DNA from: Antedon mediterranea
Lineage: Eukaryota; Animalia; Echinodermata
NCBI RefSeq assembly: GCF_964355755.1
Contig: NC_092671.1
Coordinates: 8,122,001-8,186,000 of the forward strand
Length of the DNA: 64,000 bases
Direction: 5' to 3'
The notes beneath the pieces were generated by a model. That model saw only the letters and a list, made by a program, of their open reading frames with translations. It did not search any database and was not told where the DNA came from. Both the position numbers and the translations under genes were made by a program. The stretch's first letter is position 1, and every line of letters starts with the position of its first letter. Below, one piece after another: positions 28,490 to 42,200 of the stretch.

Positions 28490-30200
28490 GAATCAGTTAC
28501 AGTAGGAAAACAGCTGTAGTACAGTAATATATAACAATGCAAATAGTTCGAAAGTAGCATCAGCTACAGTAGGCAAATAGCTGTAGTACAGTAATATATA
28601 GCAACACAAATAGTTCGAAAGTAGCATCAGCTACAGTAGAAACACAGCCGTAGTACAGTAATAGATAGCAACACAAATAGTTCGAAAGTAGCATCAGCTA
28701 CAGTAGGAAAACAGCCGTAGTACAGTAATAGATAGCAACACAAATAGTTCGTAAGTAGCATCAGCTACAGTAGAAAAACAGCCGTAGTACAGTAATAGAT
28801 AGCAACACAAATAGTTCGAAAGTAGCATCAGCTACAGTAGAAAAACAGCCGTAGTACAGTAATAGATAGCAACACAAATAGTTCGTAAGTATGCATCAGC
28901 TACAGTAGAAAAACAGCCGTAGTACAGTAATAGATAGCAACACAAATAGTTCGAAAGTAGCATCAGCTACAGTAGAAAAACAGCCGTAGTACAGTAATAG
29001 ATAGCAACACAAATAGTTCGAAAGTAGCATCAGCTACAGTAGAAAAACAGCTGTAGTACAGTAATATATAGCAACACAAATAGTTCGTAAGTAGCATCAG
29101 CTACAGTAGAAACACAGCCGTAGTACAGTAATATATAGCAACACAAATAGTTCGAAAGTAGCATCAGCTACAGTAGAAAAACAGCCGTAGTACAGTAATA
29201 GATAGCAACACAAATAGTTCGTAAGTAGCATCAGCTACAGTAGAAACACAGCCGTAGTACAGTAATAGATAGCAACACAAATAGTTCGAAAGTAGCATCA
29301 GCTACAGTAGAAAAACAGCCGTAGTACAGTAATAGATAGCAACACAAATAGTTCGTAAGTAGCATCAGCTACAGTAGAAAAACAGCTGTAGTACAGTAAT
29401 ATATAGCAACACAAATAGTTCGAAAGTAGCATCAGCTACAGTAGAAAAACAGCCGTAGTACAGTAATAGATAGCAACACAAATAGTTCGAAAGTAGCATC
29501 AGCTACAGTAGAAAAACAGCCGTAGTACAGTAATAGATAGCAACACAAATAGTTCGAAAGTAGCATCAGCTACAGTAGAAACACAGCCGTAGTACAGTAA
29601 TAGATAGCAACACAAATAGTTCGAAAGTAGCATCAGCTACAGTAGAAAAACAGCTGTAGTACAGTAATAGATAGCAACACAAATAGTTCGTAAGTAGCAT
29701 CAGCTACAGTAGAAAAACAGCTGTAGTACAGTAATATATAGCAACACAAATAGTTCGAAAGTAGCATCAGCTACAGTAGAAAAACAGCCGTAGTACAGTA
29801 ATAGATAGCAACACAAATAGTTCGAAAGTAGCATCAGCTACAGTAGAAAAACAGCCGTAGTACAGTAATAGATAGCAACACAAATAGTTCGAAAGTAGCA
29901 TCAGCTACAGTAGAAAAACAGCCGTAGTACAGTAATAGATAGCAACACAAATAGTTCGTAAGTAGCATCAGCTACAGTAGGAAAACAGCCGTAGTACAGT
30001 AATAGATAGCAACACAAATAGTTCGAAAGTAGCATCAGCTACAGTAGAAAAACAGCCGTAGTACAGTAATAGATAGCAACACAAATAGTTCGAAAGTAGC
30101 ATCAGCTACAGTAGGAAAACAGCCGTAGTACAGTAATAGATAGCAACGCAAATAGTAGAATGTAGCATCAGTTACAGTAAAAAAAACAGCTGTAGTACCA
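28490..30200. repeat. 67-bp minisatellite, about 25 copies
   Basis: Unit AGCAACACAAATAGTTCGAAAGTAGCATCAGCTACAGTAGAAAAACAGCCGTAGTACAGTAATAGAT. The register is confirmed: 28801 to 29941 = 17 x 67 + one inserted base. Confidence 0.98.
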
Positions 30201-30686
30201 TTAGGTAAGTAGCAACGCCACTAGTTAAAAGTATAGCATCAGTTACATTATGTAAACATGCTGTAGTAAAGTAATAGATACTGTGGAACACCAATAGTAG
30301 AAAGTAGCATCAGTTTTAGTAACAGTAATAGGTAGAAAGCAGTTAAACAGTAAATCATTTAAAAATAGTATATTACAGTAACAGTTATAATGATACAAAA
30401 ACAAGTAGCAGCAGGAAATAGTTGGATAGAACACAAACAGTAATAATAATAAAAAATAGTAGCAACATGGTTGAAGAAGAAGTTATATGTACAATTATGT
30501 TGTAGTTAGGGTGGTATGAGAAACATACGACAGTTATAGAAAGTAGCCGCAATTGTATTAGAGTTTACAATGTTGTACTGAATTAAGATTAACACCAACA
30601 GTTAATTGAAACAGCAGTAATATAAGTGTACAATAGTAGTAGAACTTGCAACAGCAACATCAACAGTAGTAGTAGTAATAGGAAGA

Positions 30687-30843
30687 TAAAGCTTGGTTCT
30701 CACTGGAACGTAACGCAAGGACGTAAACGCAACGCAAACGTGTTGACCAATGACAAGCGACCGTTCGAATAATCCATCGTTTGTGATTGGTCAACTCACT
30801 TACATTGCGTTACGTCCTTGTCTTGCGTGGGAACCAAGCATTA
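30687..30843. mobile_element. Palindromic MITE family A, copy 2
   Basis: Shares GAACGTAACGCAAGGACGTAAACGCAACGCAA, ACCAATGACAAGCGA and TTGTGATTGGTCAA with 18992-19176; ends GGGAACCAAGCATTA. Confidence 0.85.
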
Positions 30844-33800
30844 CAAACATGAAGTGCAGCAAAATTGCAACACACGTTATAATAGAAAATATTGTAGCAG
30901 TTGGAGAAGCAGCATGCATTAGGCCTATAATGTACAGTACAGTATAGCAGCAACACCAACTATAAATAGAAAGTGCAGCGGTTGAAGAAGCAGCAACATA
31001 GTGTATAGTTGTAGCAGTATAGTGACAGTTAGATAGGCCTATATCAATATAAAGTATAAGCAGCAGTATTAAAGTGATATTATTATATTTGTCAGTAAGC
31101 AACTTAACAGTACGGTAATAATTTGGTTTTCATTCATTCGTTTTATTTCACAATTTCAAAATGTAATGCATTCTGCTTTTTCAACTGCTATAAAAAGATC
31201 AGTTGCAGTAATATAGTATTTTAGTATGCTTGACACCGACATTTGTAGGCCTATGTGTAAAAGTAGCAACTGTGACATCATCTTCATCAAAAAAACTATA
31301 TGAATATTAAAGAAAGGCCTTGATGCGAGTTGTATATTTTACTTATGATCATGCAGAGAAGATTGAAATTATACACTCTTCTCTGTTCAAGACTAACAGT
31401 ATCAGAAATAAGTTTCTGCAGCCCCATTGATATTATTAGAGGTATACAGCAGCAACAGAATAGTTGAATCATATATTACAAGTTGCAACACAGCAGTACA
31501 GTAGTATTGAGATCATTGAAAATATTCACATTACAATAACGTAGGCGGGTATTCGTAGCACGTTTACATTGGCATTATACTCGGCTTTCCCATGGGCCAA
31601 GACCAATTCCAATTTTAAACATTAAAACAACGTTTAAACGACAATTTAAAAACTATCCATTTTTATCTATGTTTATTTTTTATTCTTTTATACATTGAAC
31701 AATCATTAAAGAAAGAAATGACGAAGTATAAATACGCGGATTTAACGGTTTAAATATATGTATAAATGCATTCGATTTAGAATTAATCCCATGTGAACAG
31801 TAGCCACAGGGTCCAGAGCCCTTGTGATGTTCGGACAATGCGAGCGAGCGTTAGATCATATAGAATACTTAATTATTACGATACGCTCTTTGAACGATCC
31901 ACCGAAATTATTCAATATCTTTGTGAAATGTCGAATTCTTCACACCAAGCCAATGTTTATAGTAAATATATAACTACACATATACTATGACAATAATGAT
32001 ATTCAAATAATTTAATTAATATTTCACAAGACTATTATATTCAGTATTGTATTATTATTGTTTATAACTAACTGTAAAAACAGAAACATTTAAATTAAAT
32101 CAATTCTTTCTCGAAGACGATAATAAAACGATTAATATTATTATATAACTTTCTATGAAATTTGGATAATGGTAGCTCACAATATTAATACCGGTAGTGA
32201 TCTTATATTATTTTATTCGTCAATGTTCTTCTATAGCTCTTAGATTTGACTGGGTTTTGGGTTACGTGTGGTTATTATTGGCATACGTATTTTGCTGCTT
32301 TTTACAAATAAAAACAACGGACCTAAAGAAAAATGTTACTTATTATAACAATATTAACACATCCTTATTCTGGGTTTCTTTAAAATCATGTTTGGCAATA
32401 TCAGTATATTCTTTAAAAATAATACGTTTTAGTAAAACTCGAACAATGGATCACAATTTTACAATATAAGCGTAAATACAATATAGGTCAAATTACTTTT
32501 TCCTCCATGGATAAACAAACAACGAATATAAAAACTAAAGTGGAATATAATCTTAAAATGAGACGGGATTAACACCTCTTTGATGAGTTTAATGGAAATA
32601 AATTGGAAACGGTAGCTACAATTGTTCGGATTGCTTTGCATCGCATATTTACGTCATTAACACCACCGAGAGAAACAAAGACGAAACGCACGTACTAAAA
32701 AGCTGTTTATTTCTTCAGTTTGAAACGCGCGCACTTGTTCACATGTGCTTATCTTGTGACAGCCTATAATATCGCAATAGTTGTATTGTAAATTCATGTT
32801 TTAAGAAAATTTTTGAAATGATACCAATGAAAAACTTTTGAAATGAACCAAAGATCATCATTGGGCATTAAACATTATTTACATGTTTGAATCTATTGAA
32901 CAATAAACTGTCTCTTTAAATAAGTTATTTTCATAATTTCCAAGAATTTGCATATCGTTGTCTATATACAATACAGTAACCGGATACGGTTGTTTTCTTC
33001 ACTTTCTTTCTAGCTGTAAATCTTTACGTTTATGATTTGAACTTGATTGATAGGCCTACTTTTCTACTTTAGAAACTTATAACTTTAAAAAATAAATTCG
33101 TTTTTAAGTATATCATAATCCATAGTTTGTTATAGTAAATTTTAGATAGTATTGAATACGCCGTTTTGAATAATCTCACAATGCAGTATTCATAATGAAA
33201 TACAGTATAAGAAAATAAATTAAGGCCTAATTATAAATTGTGAACTTAATTTATTATTACTTAATTATTAGGCCTACTTAATATGAATAAAAAAAATCAG
33301 AGGTTTGTAAACTATTATAACAACGATATTGTATGCAATTTTTTTTGTGGAAAACCTATTTGCAATTATTTGCTAATGTTGGTTAATTTTAATGGATGAT
33401 AATTTGACATTAATCAGTTAAATATTCTAATATTGTTCAATGTTTGATATAACTTTTGAAATTATTGTATGAAAAGGACAGCTTTACGTAATAGGTACCT
33501 TCTATTTATTCGTATTTCTTTATACAATGCGAATTAATCGTATACAATACAATAGTGAATGCTTAATAATATTAATACACTTTATAATAATGATAAGTTT
33601 AATATGATTGTTTACATAACTGAACGATGATTTATCATTACTAACTACTTAAAAAACAAACAAATGCAAGCTCTATTCAACTTGTTGGTTAGAGTAAGAA
33701 AACAACTGTTTGTTGTTGCCACTTAAGTCTGTACTTTTAAGTCTGCTGTCATCGACGTCATCGCCGGAATGCTAATGCTTAATTTCGGAGGTCCATTATC

Positions 33801-36009
33801 ATTGTTGATTACCCTTGTATATGTTCATACCGTAGTTATTTGTAACTCATCAAATATATATATTTATATATCGGTAATCATCAATATATATAATGGTATA
33901 GCAAATACCCTCCCTAATTGTCCATTATATGTGTTGTGTGTTGTTTTATGATGATGTATTTTTCATTATATTTGATGAATATATTACGTGTAATGATGTA
34001 TTCTGACGCCATTAATCAGTTCATAATACTTAGTAAAATACCAATAAATCATCGGCCGATATACAAGCACTATTCACAGGTGTTTAAAACCTCTTGTAAG
34101 TGAATACTAAAAAATGTCATTCGATTTTGTCGATATAAAGCAATCCGAAGGATCAAAACCGTGAAGAAAAATATTATCGGCTATGCGCGACGTTTGCTGC
34201 TATAAGGATTATATAATACATTATTTTTTGTAACGTTTCCATTCAAGGTAAGCTATTTGTTTTATACTCATGTAGGGATTAAGAAGTATTGTTTGTGTAT
34301 ATTTCTGAGATATCGACGTAAATGCGGAATAGCGTTGAGTTGTGTTAGTCATATAGAAAACCCATTAATTTACCAAAACATTCGATTACAATAATTGATT
34401 GAACAATATCTTTATTAAAATAATATTGATTGCAAACAATTGTGTCCAACCATTACTAAATCAAAATAAAACTTTATATTATATGAAAGTTATATTATTT
34501 ATTGTTGTGCAGGCCTAATATATGATATCGTTACAAGTTCATGTAAACATAGGCCTACTCATATTTTGTATAACAGATTTCATTTACAACATAAATAGCC
34601 TATACCAATCAATACGTATATATCGTATACTTTCTTGATGTTATTCTTCCCTTCCTACTACTAAATAGGCATATTATCAAATATAAGAATTTTGTGTCGA
34701 GAATGTTGTAGTTCTTGAAAAACACAAGAGCGTTTATGGTCTTTAAAATTCATTTTAATGTACAATAATTATTACAATATAAAATTAAATAAATTTGGTG
34801 GCTAAAAATAAAAACTAAATTTTCTTTGGGTATTATATCCAAATGTAATAATTAAATATTAAATTAGTAATCTTGTAATTATTATAGGCTCATCCAACTT
34901 AATGGTTGATTTACACATTACAAATACGTAAACCTAACACACATTCGGCATCAAAGTTTTCTATTAAATATGTATAATAACCATTTTATTATTTCAACGG
35001 ATCAACGCACAGAAATGTTGACTCCCAATCATTGACACCGTATCGTACAATTTGCCGACAACTAGAATTTTTCTATTAATATAGGAACGAAATCAGATTC
35101 AAACTCTGGCATATCATTGCTTTGGCCTTGTCTACCAGATATGATGGATGATCTATTAAATACTATTCATAGCATTTTCAGATTGCATAACATGTTACCG
35201 ACGGTATAATTTGCGAGCTAGGCACTTTTCAAGGGCATTAATTATCGAAGAAAATTTCATATTTATTTCAATTACAATTTTATTTTTGTTTGAATTTGGA
35301 ATAAATAAATTATTTTAAGGCAATATAAAATAAAACGAAATAAAAAGAACTTCAGTAGTTATAGTATAGTAGCGAGATAATAAATTTTAAACACGTACTT
35401 TCTGAATCATATAATGTTAAGATAATCTAAATATTAGAAAGGTCAAAGAAATATGAATATGTTTAATGTATTATATTTACTTAATTATTTTAAATTATTA
35501 CTTACGTTATTAAATTAATCCTAACTGATTGGCCTGAAGATACAAATATTGTTTTAAGTCTTTTTGCTTGAAGTGTTTCTTTTTTCGATGTAAATAAGCA
35601 AGTGTATGTGTTTAACTTACATTAAGCATGAGTTAACGTTAATTAATTTAAGCGTTTAAAAACTATTATGAGGATTAGCTAAATCCGTTACGATTACCGT
35701 AATCCTTCAATAATTTAATCATGCATTCAATAAAAAAAAAATTAGTTTAATCGGTTGCCGATTAAGGTGATTTCGAAATTAATTTTAGAATACAAACAAA
35801 TTGTTCCTAAGGTCATTGAACTGAATAATACAGAAATGACTTCTATTTTATTTATTTTTGTTTGACTCATGCTTGTGTGGATTTACGGCATACATTAGCA
35901 CTTTATATTTTATGTAAAATATAATCAGGAAATATCTATTTCTCGGGAAAACTTCGATTTAAATGTATACCAGGAAAGAAAGATTTCCTTAGAGATGAAA
36001 AACTTCTGT

Positions 36010-36225
36010 TTAAAAAAATATTATTTCACTTATAAAAATACAAAAGAAACGGTTAATTTTAACAAAAACCATTGTTTTAAGTATGTTTTGCTTTTAAATT
36101 ACATTTTTCAGGTAAATTGTTTTTTTCGATCCAGTTTTTGGTCAAAGGGAATAACTATGTAACATTAAAATGGCATATTTAAAAAAAAAATTGAGAACAA
36201 ATTGTTTGTATGGGGACGATAAAGC
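36010..36225 (-). mobile_element. MITE family C, partial inverted copy
   Basis: TTAAATTACATTTTTCAGGTAAA, TTTTTGGTCAAAG and ACATTAAAATGGCATATT are reverse complements of family C blocks. Confidence 0.65.
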
Positions 36226-39200
36226 TCGAATACTGAACTTCAGAGCATAAGTAATAATACCATTCTTCATTTAAATTCAAAGGCAATCAGAACAAGACGC
36301 GTAGCCTATCACATCAAACTGAATTCCCCAAGATAGAGGCAGGACACGATGTCTATGGGATCAAAATGCAATTGATTTAATTCAGAAGCTAGATCTTATA
36401 ATTCTTGCTGTATTCGAATCATCATCAAGTTAATCGATCTTCATTGTCAGACGTAATGAGTTGATTGAATATACTCAAACCGTTAATGCTCTTTTTTTCT
36501 ACAGAGATCTTATACTTTACTGTTTATTATTGAACATCTGGCTCCTGTAAAACATTACTTTTTAACGTATTAATATTCATCAGATATATAGAATAAATAT
36601 AAACATATTTTATTATCTATAAATAATAATTATCAAAGTAAATCAAACGATTTGTACACAATTTGGTGAGATTCATATTTAGTCTTAATTTTGAAATTAT
36701 TTAATATTAGTAAGTTTAATATGATAGAATGTATTATGGTACCATCAGTTGAATCATCCAGGCTCCATAACAAAATGATGAAGATCCTGAGATGATCTGA
36801 TACCGGTGGTTTTTTTTGTGTGTCTGCCTTTTTTTATTTAAACTTATTTATGCAATTGATTTTGTAACTATGAACATCCGTTTCCGAAATAAAAGTATAA
36901 TAAAACTTACATGAACCATAACTGTTGCACTAGTGTTAGCCAGAGAATGTTGTCAAAACAGCCTAGCTTAAACATTGTATGGGAAATAAGGTTCTCTTTA
37001 TGCCTTGAAGAGAGTTCTTCATGAATCGTTACCAATGGCTTTTAGAGACATGATACATTTATTATTCAAGAGAGTAAACATAAGAAATGAACATTTTCTA
37101 ATATTATTGCGCTATATTTTCAAGAGATAGGACTAATATATGTTCAATATAACAATTAATATCTACAAGATTAAAATAAAGTTAAATTTAATTTGTACAG
37201 AATCGCTTTAATTAGATTTTTGTTTTCATTTTTTTTTAATTGTATCTTTAAAAAAATACAATTTAGCTTCTTTTTACGAATTTTAGGTATGATAATAAAT
37301 ACATGGTAGGCCTAAATCAACCAAATTATATTTTAAATAGTTACATTATTCGCAATGAAAGCCAATCAACCACATTATATTCTTAATAGTATTAAAACAT
37401 TGCAGGGATTGCATTTTGTTGTCGAGAAGTACCGACTTTTTAAATATAAAATTTATTTAGTTTCATCAACCAATTTAGTTAGGTAATTGTTGGTATTACG
37501 TAATAATATTTTAGTAATTCAACAACAAGCTTTCTTCCTACGAAAAAATCAATATAAAGACAAATATGACTAATTCAAAAGGTATACATTTACAAACATT
37601 ATTGTATTTTCATTTATATTTAGTTTCGTCTTCAGTATATTTGCGAGTGTATTGACGTGATTTAGGAGGTAAATAGAAAATAGGCCAATAGTGTATTTCC
37701 TAATCCACCTTTGGTCGATACAAACAAAAATATAACAAAAACAGTGGCCTCATTAATAGACTCTTCGGTGTCTTTCCTTAACGAGTAAATGCGTTACCAT
37801 TAACGAGAAAAAGAGTTAACAATAAGTACTTCCGTTTACGATTAATTTAATATCTATATACTATTGAAAACACTAGGTACTAACGTAGAGCAAATTAGTT
37901 AGACCTACACTAATAACTAGATCTTAATAGGCGATTACGTCATAATAACGTGTCGTCCCTCCTTCCTCGGCGCCGAACGATTCTCGGTCAACGCACCAAC
38001 GGTTTTTTTTTTCGAATTCCTTTCTCATCAACGCAACGTGGAAATTACACACGGAGATGAGCAGATAAGAGAATACAGTTGCATTTTATTGAACGAATTT
38101 TAAAAACTTTCGGAAGCAATAACAGATAGTAAAAGAATAAACGCACGAACACAGCTGGTTCTCCATCAGTCGAGTTTGAGTAAATGAGAAGTTGGCGACA
38201 CATCATCGGTAGAATGAATGAAGAACATGATATAATGGTACATAAGACGAATCACCAACAGACCTCAGCTTATGGATAAATCAATATTTTGCATAGAGAA
38301 AGCGTCTAACCTTTCATATACAATTCACCTAGGAAGCGAATTGGTGTCAATTTGCATCAAAACCATATCGACAGGTTCATAACTTATAGAGGCAAAGATA
38401 ACTAAATAACATGTATTGAAAAATATACATTGTCCTTTTGAAACAGCTATTAATGAGATAGAATTTGGAATTTATGTAACATTTAGAAACGGTTTTGGCC
38501 ATTATCTTACGTGAAGGCATAATGAAGATTTGATGTTAACCTGTAAATGGGGTGGGATGTAATGAGAAGGATAAGTACCACAATTTGACATAATAAGTCA
38601 CCATAATCAAACTCATTTATCAATGCATGAATGTCATCTCAAATAAATGGGTACCAATAATATGCATAGGCCACTCTTAACAAAAAAAGCTTTTTTCAGA
38701 TTTCATACATTTTAAAGTGTATATTGCATAAGTGCCTGTGTAATACTACGGTCGATAACCGAAGATAAAATAGTATAACATATACATTTTTCCACAGAAA
38801 CAAAAGAAATTAGAAGGTTTTCATCCTATAACGTTTTATCGTAACGATGTTATTGTTCTTATTGATCATGACGTCATTTGATTACATAAAAAAAAATATT
38901 ATTTTCACAATGATTCTAAATTCAAGAATGAAAACTTTTGTTTTTTTGTTTCTTAATTTCGACCAATTTTAATTAAATAAGTTAAAACTGTTGGGAATGA
39001 AATTGTTATTTGTGGGTACCTTATAATTCAGTGTCAAAATCATTCCCTTATTCTCGTCCCACTGACTATAATAAAAAAAAATTGAAATAATAGATGCACG
39101 AGTTGATTATGTACTTCGATGTTTAAATTATCAATATATAAATATATTTAGACCTAAAAAGTAAAAAAAAAATCTAAATTAATTGTTGTAATAGTGGAAT

Positions 39201-42200
39201 AGTTATTTTACAAAGCCTCAGGAAAATCTATAATCGATGTCATAAACAATTAGCTAAAAAATATATTTTTGCTAATTTTTTCGAATTGTCATATTTTTAT
39301 TCGTCCTACATAATTAATGGTCATTAAATGAATAATTAGTGTTTGTTAAAACTAAAAGCTATAACCTAAATATTGAACTTATTATAATATGGTTAATATT
39401 TCTAATTTTCTCTATAGTTTATTTACAAGTAAAATATTGAGCTTTTATAAGTTGAGTTAAGTTATCAATTACTTTTTAAATAAATGAATAATATTGAATT
39501 TTAATCAAAAAAAGGGCAAAATATTCTAAAACCCCTAAAATTTATAACGAAGACATATTTTTCGTATGGAAAATGTCACATGAACTGTCCGCGAGTCGAT
39601 CAAGGGATCGAGAGCCGCTCGAATGCGACCCAATATTTTATCACATTATTATCAATGTGGTCACTACAACCAAAATGTGATGGTAAAGCTATACTTAAAC
39701 CATGGGGTTCACTCTTTCTTTCCTGCTTGAACCCCATTTTCCCGTGCAGTAATCCAATCATGATAATCTGAAGGCGGAGGTGCGTAAATACGGTTTGTTA
39801 ATGCCATCAAGGATTTTCGACTGATAGTCGTCGGGATGGGTTATGAAGGGGTATGAGCGATGTCGGTCTAATATGCCTAATAGTGAGGGCCGTATCAGGT
39901 TCACGCTCTGTTTCCAGGAGCTTGGAAAACAGAAGACATATCTATGACATATTTAACTGTTTACAATTATACAGCATTATTTTAAAGCGACAATATCATG
40001 ATTTAGTCGTTTTAAAGCAGACAAATTGAGTCCACAATTAAAAATGACTCTATATTAATAAACTTAAATATGCCTATATAAGAAATAATAATATTATTTC
40101 TAACGTATTGCATTTTTTCATTAGTTATGTCAATTACTCTACGCATCGACATTAACATTATAATTCACATGAATATGCCCGAAGGAACCCAGGGATTTGA
40201 GGCGGACGTCCTGGAGTCTAGGCACCCATCTGTTAACATAAAACTGGGCCTACGCCTACATAACCCATCATTTAAACAAGTAAATATTATTTAAGAATAA
40301 CACGTGCGTGACTTATTATGTTGATATAACAAATAAATCGTTTTTAAATGTCTGTAGGATATGTATACATTTATTAATATTATCTTAAATGATATACTCC
40401 AAAATTGTTTGTCTGAATGTTAACAATTTGGTTTTATTATTTTCCTAATTCAATACACGCGACCGTCTGTGATCAAGTCACGATATATGGGTCTCGTATA
40501 TCGCTGAAAATCAATTCTAACTCGTCTGTATACATATTTATTATTTGAATTAAATATAAAGAGACAATTATTGGATTCACATTAAAAATGATGACAAAGT
40601 CTTATAATTATTCAATTGATATACTTTATGTATTCTTTTTCTAATAGATTCTTTAGTTGATAGAAGTTCACTTGTATAGGCCTACCTTCTACAAACAAGT
40701 TGTTTCATGTTATGATATACGGTAACTAAGAGAGAAGATATCGGAACTCACTCTTCCCTGATATAACGTATAGATCTCATACCGGTACGTTAGGGTTTAT
40801 TTTTAATCTTTACCGTATGCTGTTATATAAAATAAATATATTTGTTATCACTGTTACAATTTAATTAAACAAAATATTTACTTAGGACGGTAGCATAATC
40901 TACATTTAAATTAGGCCAATAATGTGCAAGTTTATAGGCCTCACGTTTTATGACGTCAATGATCGTAGCCTGAAACTGTCATGTTATTTATGGGGTGGGA
41001 GTTGGTGGCTGGTTTATGAAAAAAAAAATGATATAAAGCCTAATTGTGAAAAACGGGGTTGTCGACGAAATTGGTTAGTTTCTTGCGTGTCTAATACGAA
41101 AAAATATCAAACGAAAAACAAAGTCAAACAAAATCAGACGACGAATTTCATATACAAATTGATTTTTTGCCAGCCTAAACTTCTAATTTTGAATCAGGTG
41201 TCAGCGAAAATGAAGCAAGTACAGTTCGTGACATATCGACAACCGCTTCCGTGAACCGCATTCACCGAGTGATGATTAGTACTAAAGAGACGGTAAGGGA
41301 CATAAAACATTTACTTCATGTAAATACAACAGCTAATCGTTCCAAATTGTTATTGTTCAACAATAAATTCTAATTTCTAACCTAAATTGGTTTATTTTAG
41401 CAATTTCCCTGAACAAAAACTACAGCGTCACGCTCCGGTTGTCTATTGCGTGATACGACGTAACAATTTCGGCAGTGCGAAATATTGTCTGTAGTGCGCT
41501 GCCCTTATTCGTTTCAGCTACAATGGACGCGGCAACACCCGCGGCATTTGCGGCACTACGTAAAGAAATGCTAATAGTTACCGAGGCGCCAAAAGCCTGA
41601 GCAATGCCTAAAGGCTTACAATACTGCCAGCAGTTGAACTCTATACGGAGAAATTGTCTACTATGCTGCAAAAAGGGAAGGATCTCCCTAGACTATGAAG
41701 TGAGCAGAAATCGCTGGAAGATTTCTGTAAACATAATTTTAGACACGAATGTAAGTGTCATTTGCTATTCCTTGTAATTATAAATATGATGAAACGGCAA
41801 CCTTTGCGATAACCATAAAATCAATGCAACGCACCAGAGAGAGACCTCTGTTTGGCAAAGTTAGTCATAAATCGGCTTTCGTTTGAATCCATCTTAGACG
41901 AATGTTGAATACAGATATGGACAACCTTAAGAGTAAGGAAGAAGCATGACAGACAGAAGTGGTGAGGGAAAGCAAATGGGACGTTAAAATTGAGAACCAA
42001 CCAGAAGATCAATGCTATGAAGGAAGAGATGCAGATATTGCGAGAAAATGTAATAATATAGAAGACAGGGACAAAAGATAATTTATTCGCTTCGCTGTAT
42101 TTATATAAAATATATAAATTCACTATAAGCCTAACGTTATTGTACCAATCACCCAGTTGAAAGTCACAAATTGTACAAATGATGAAAGCCGTACTTTTGA

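Noticed and set aside
28490-30200. CRISPR-like array
   Set aside because: Units are contiguous with no unique spacers, there are no cas genes, and the context is eukaryotic; it is a minisatellite.
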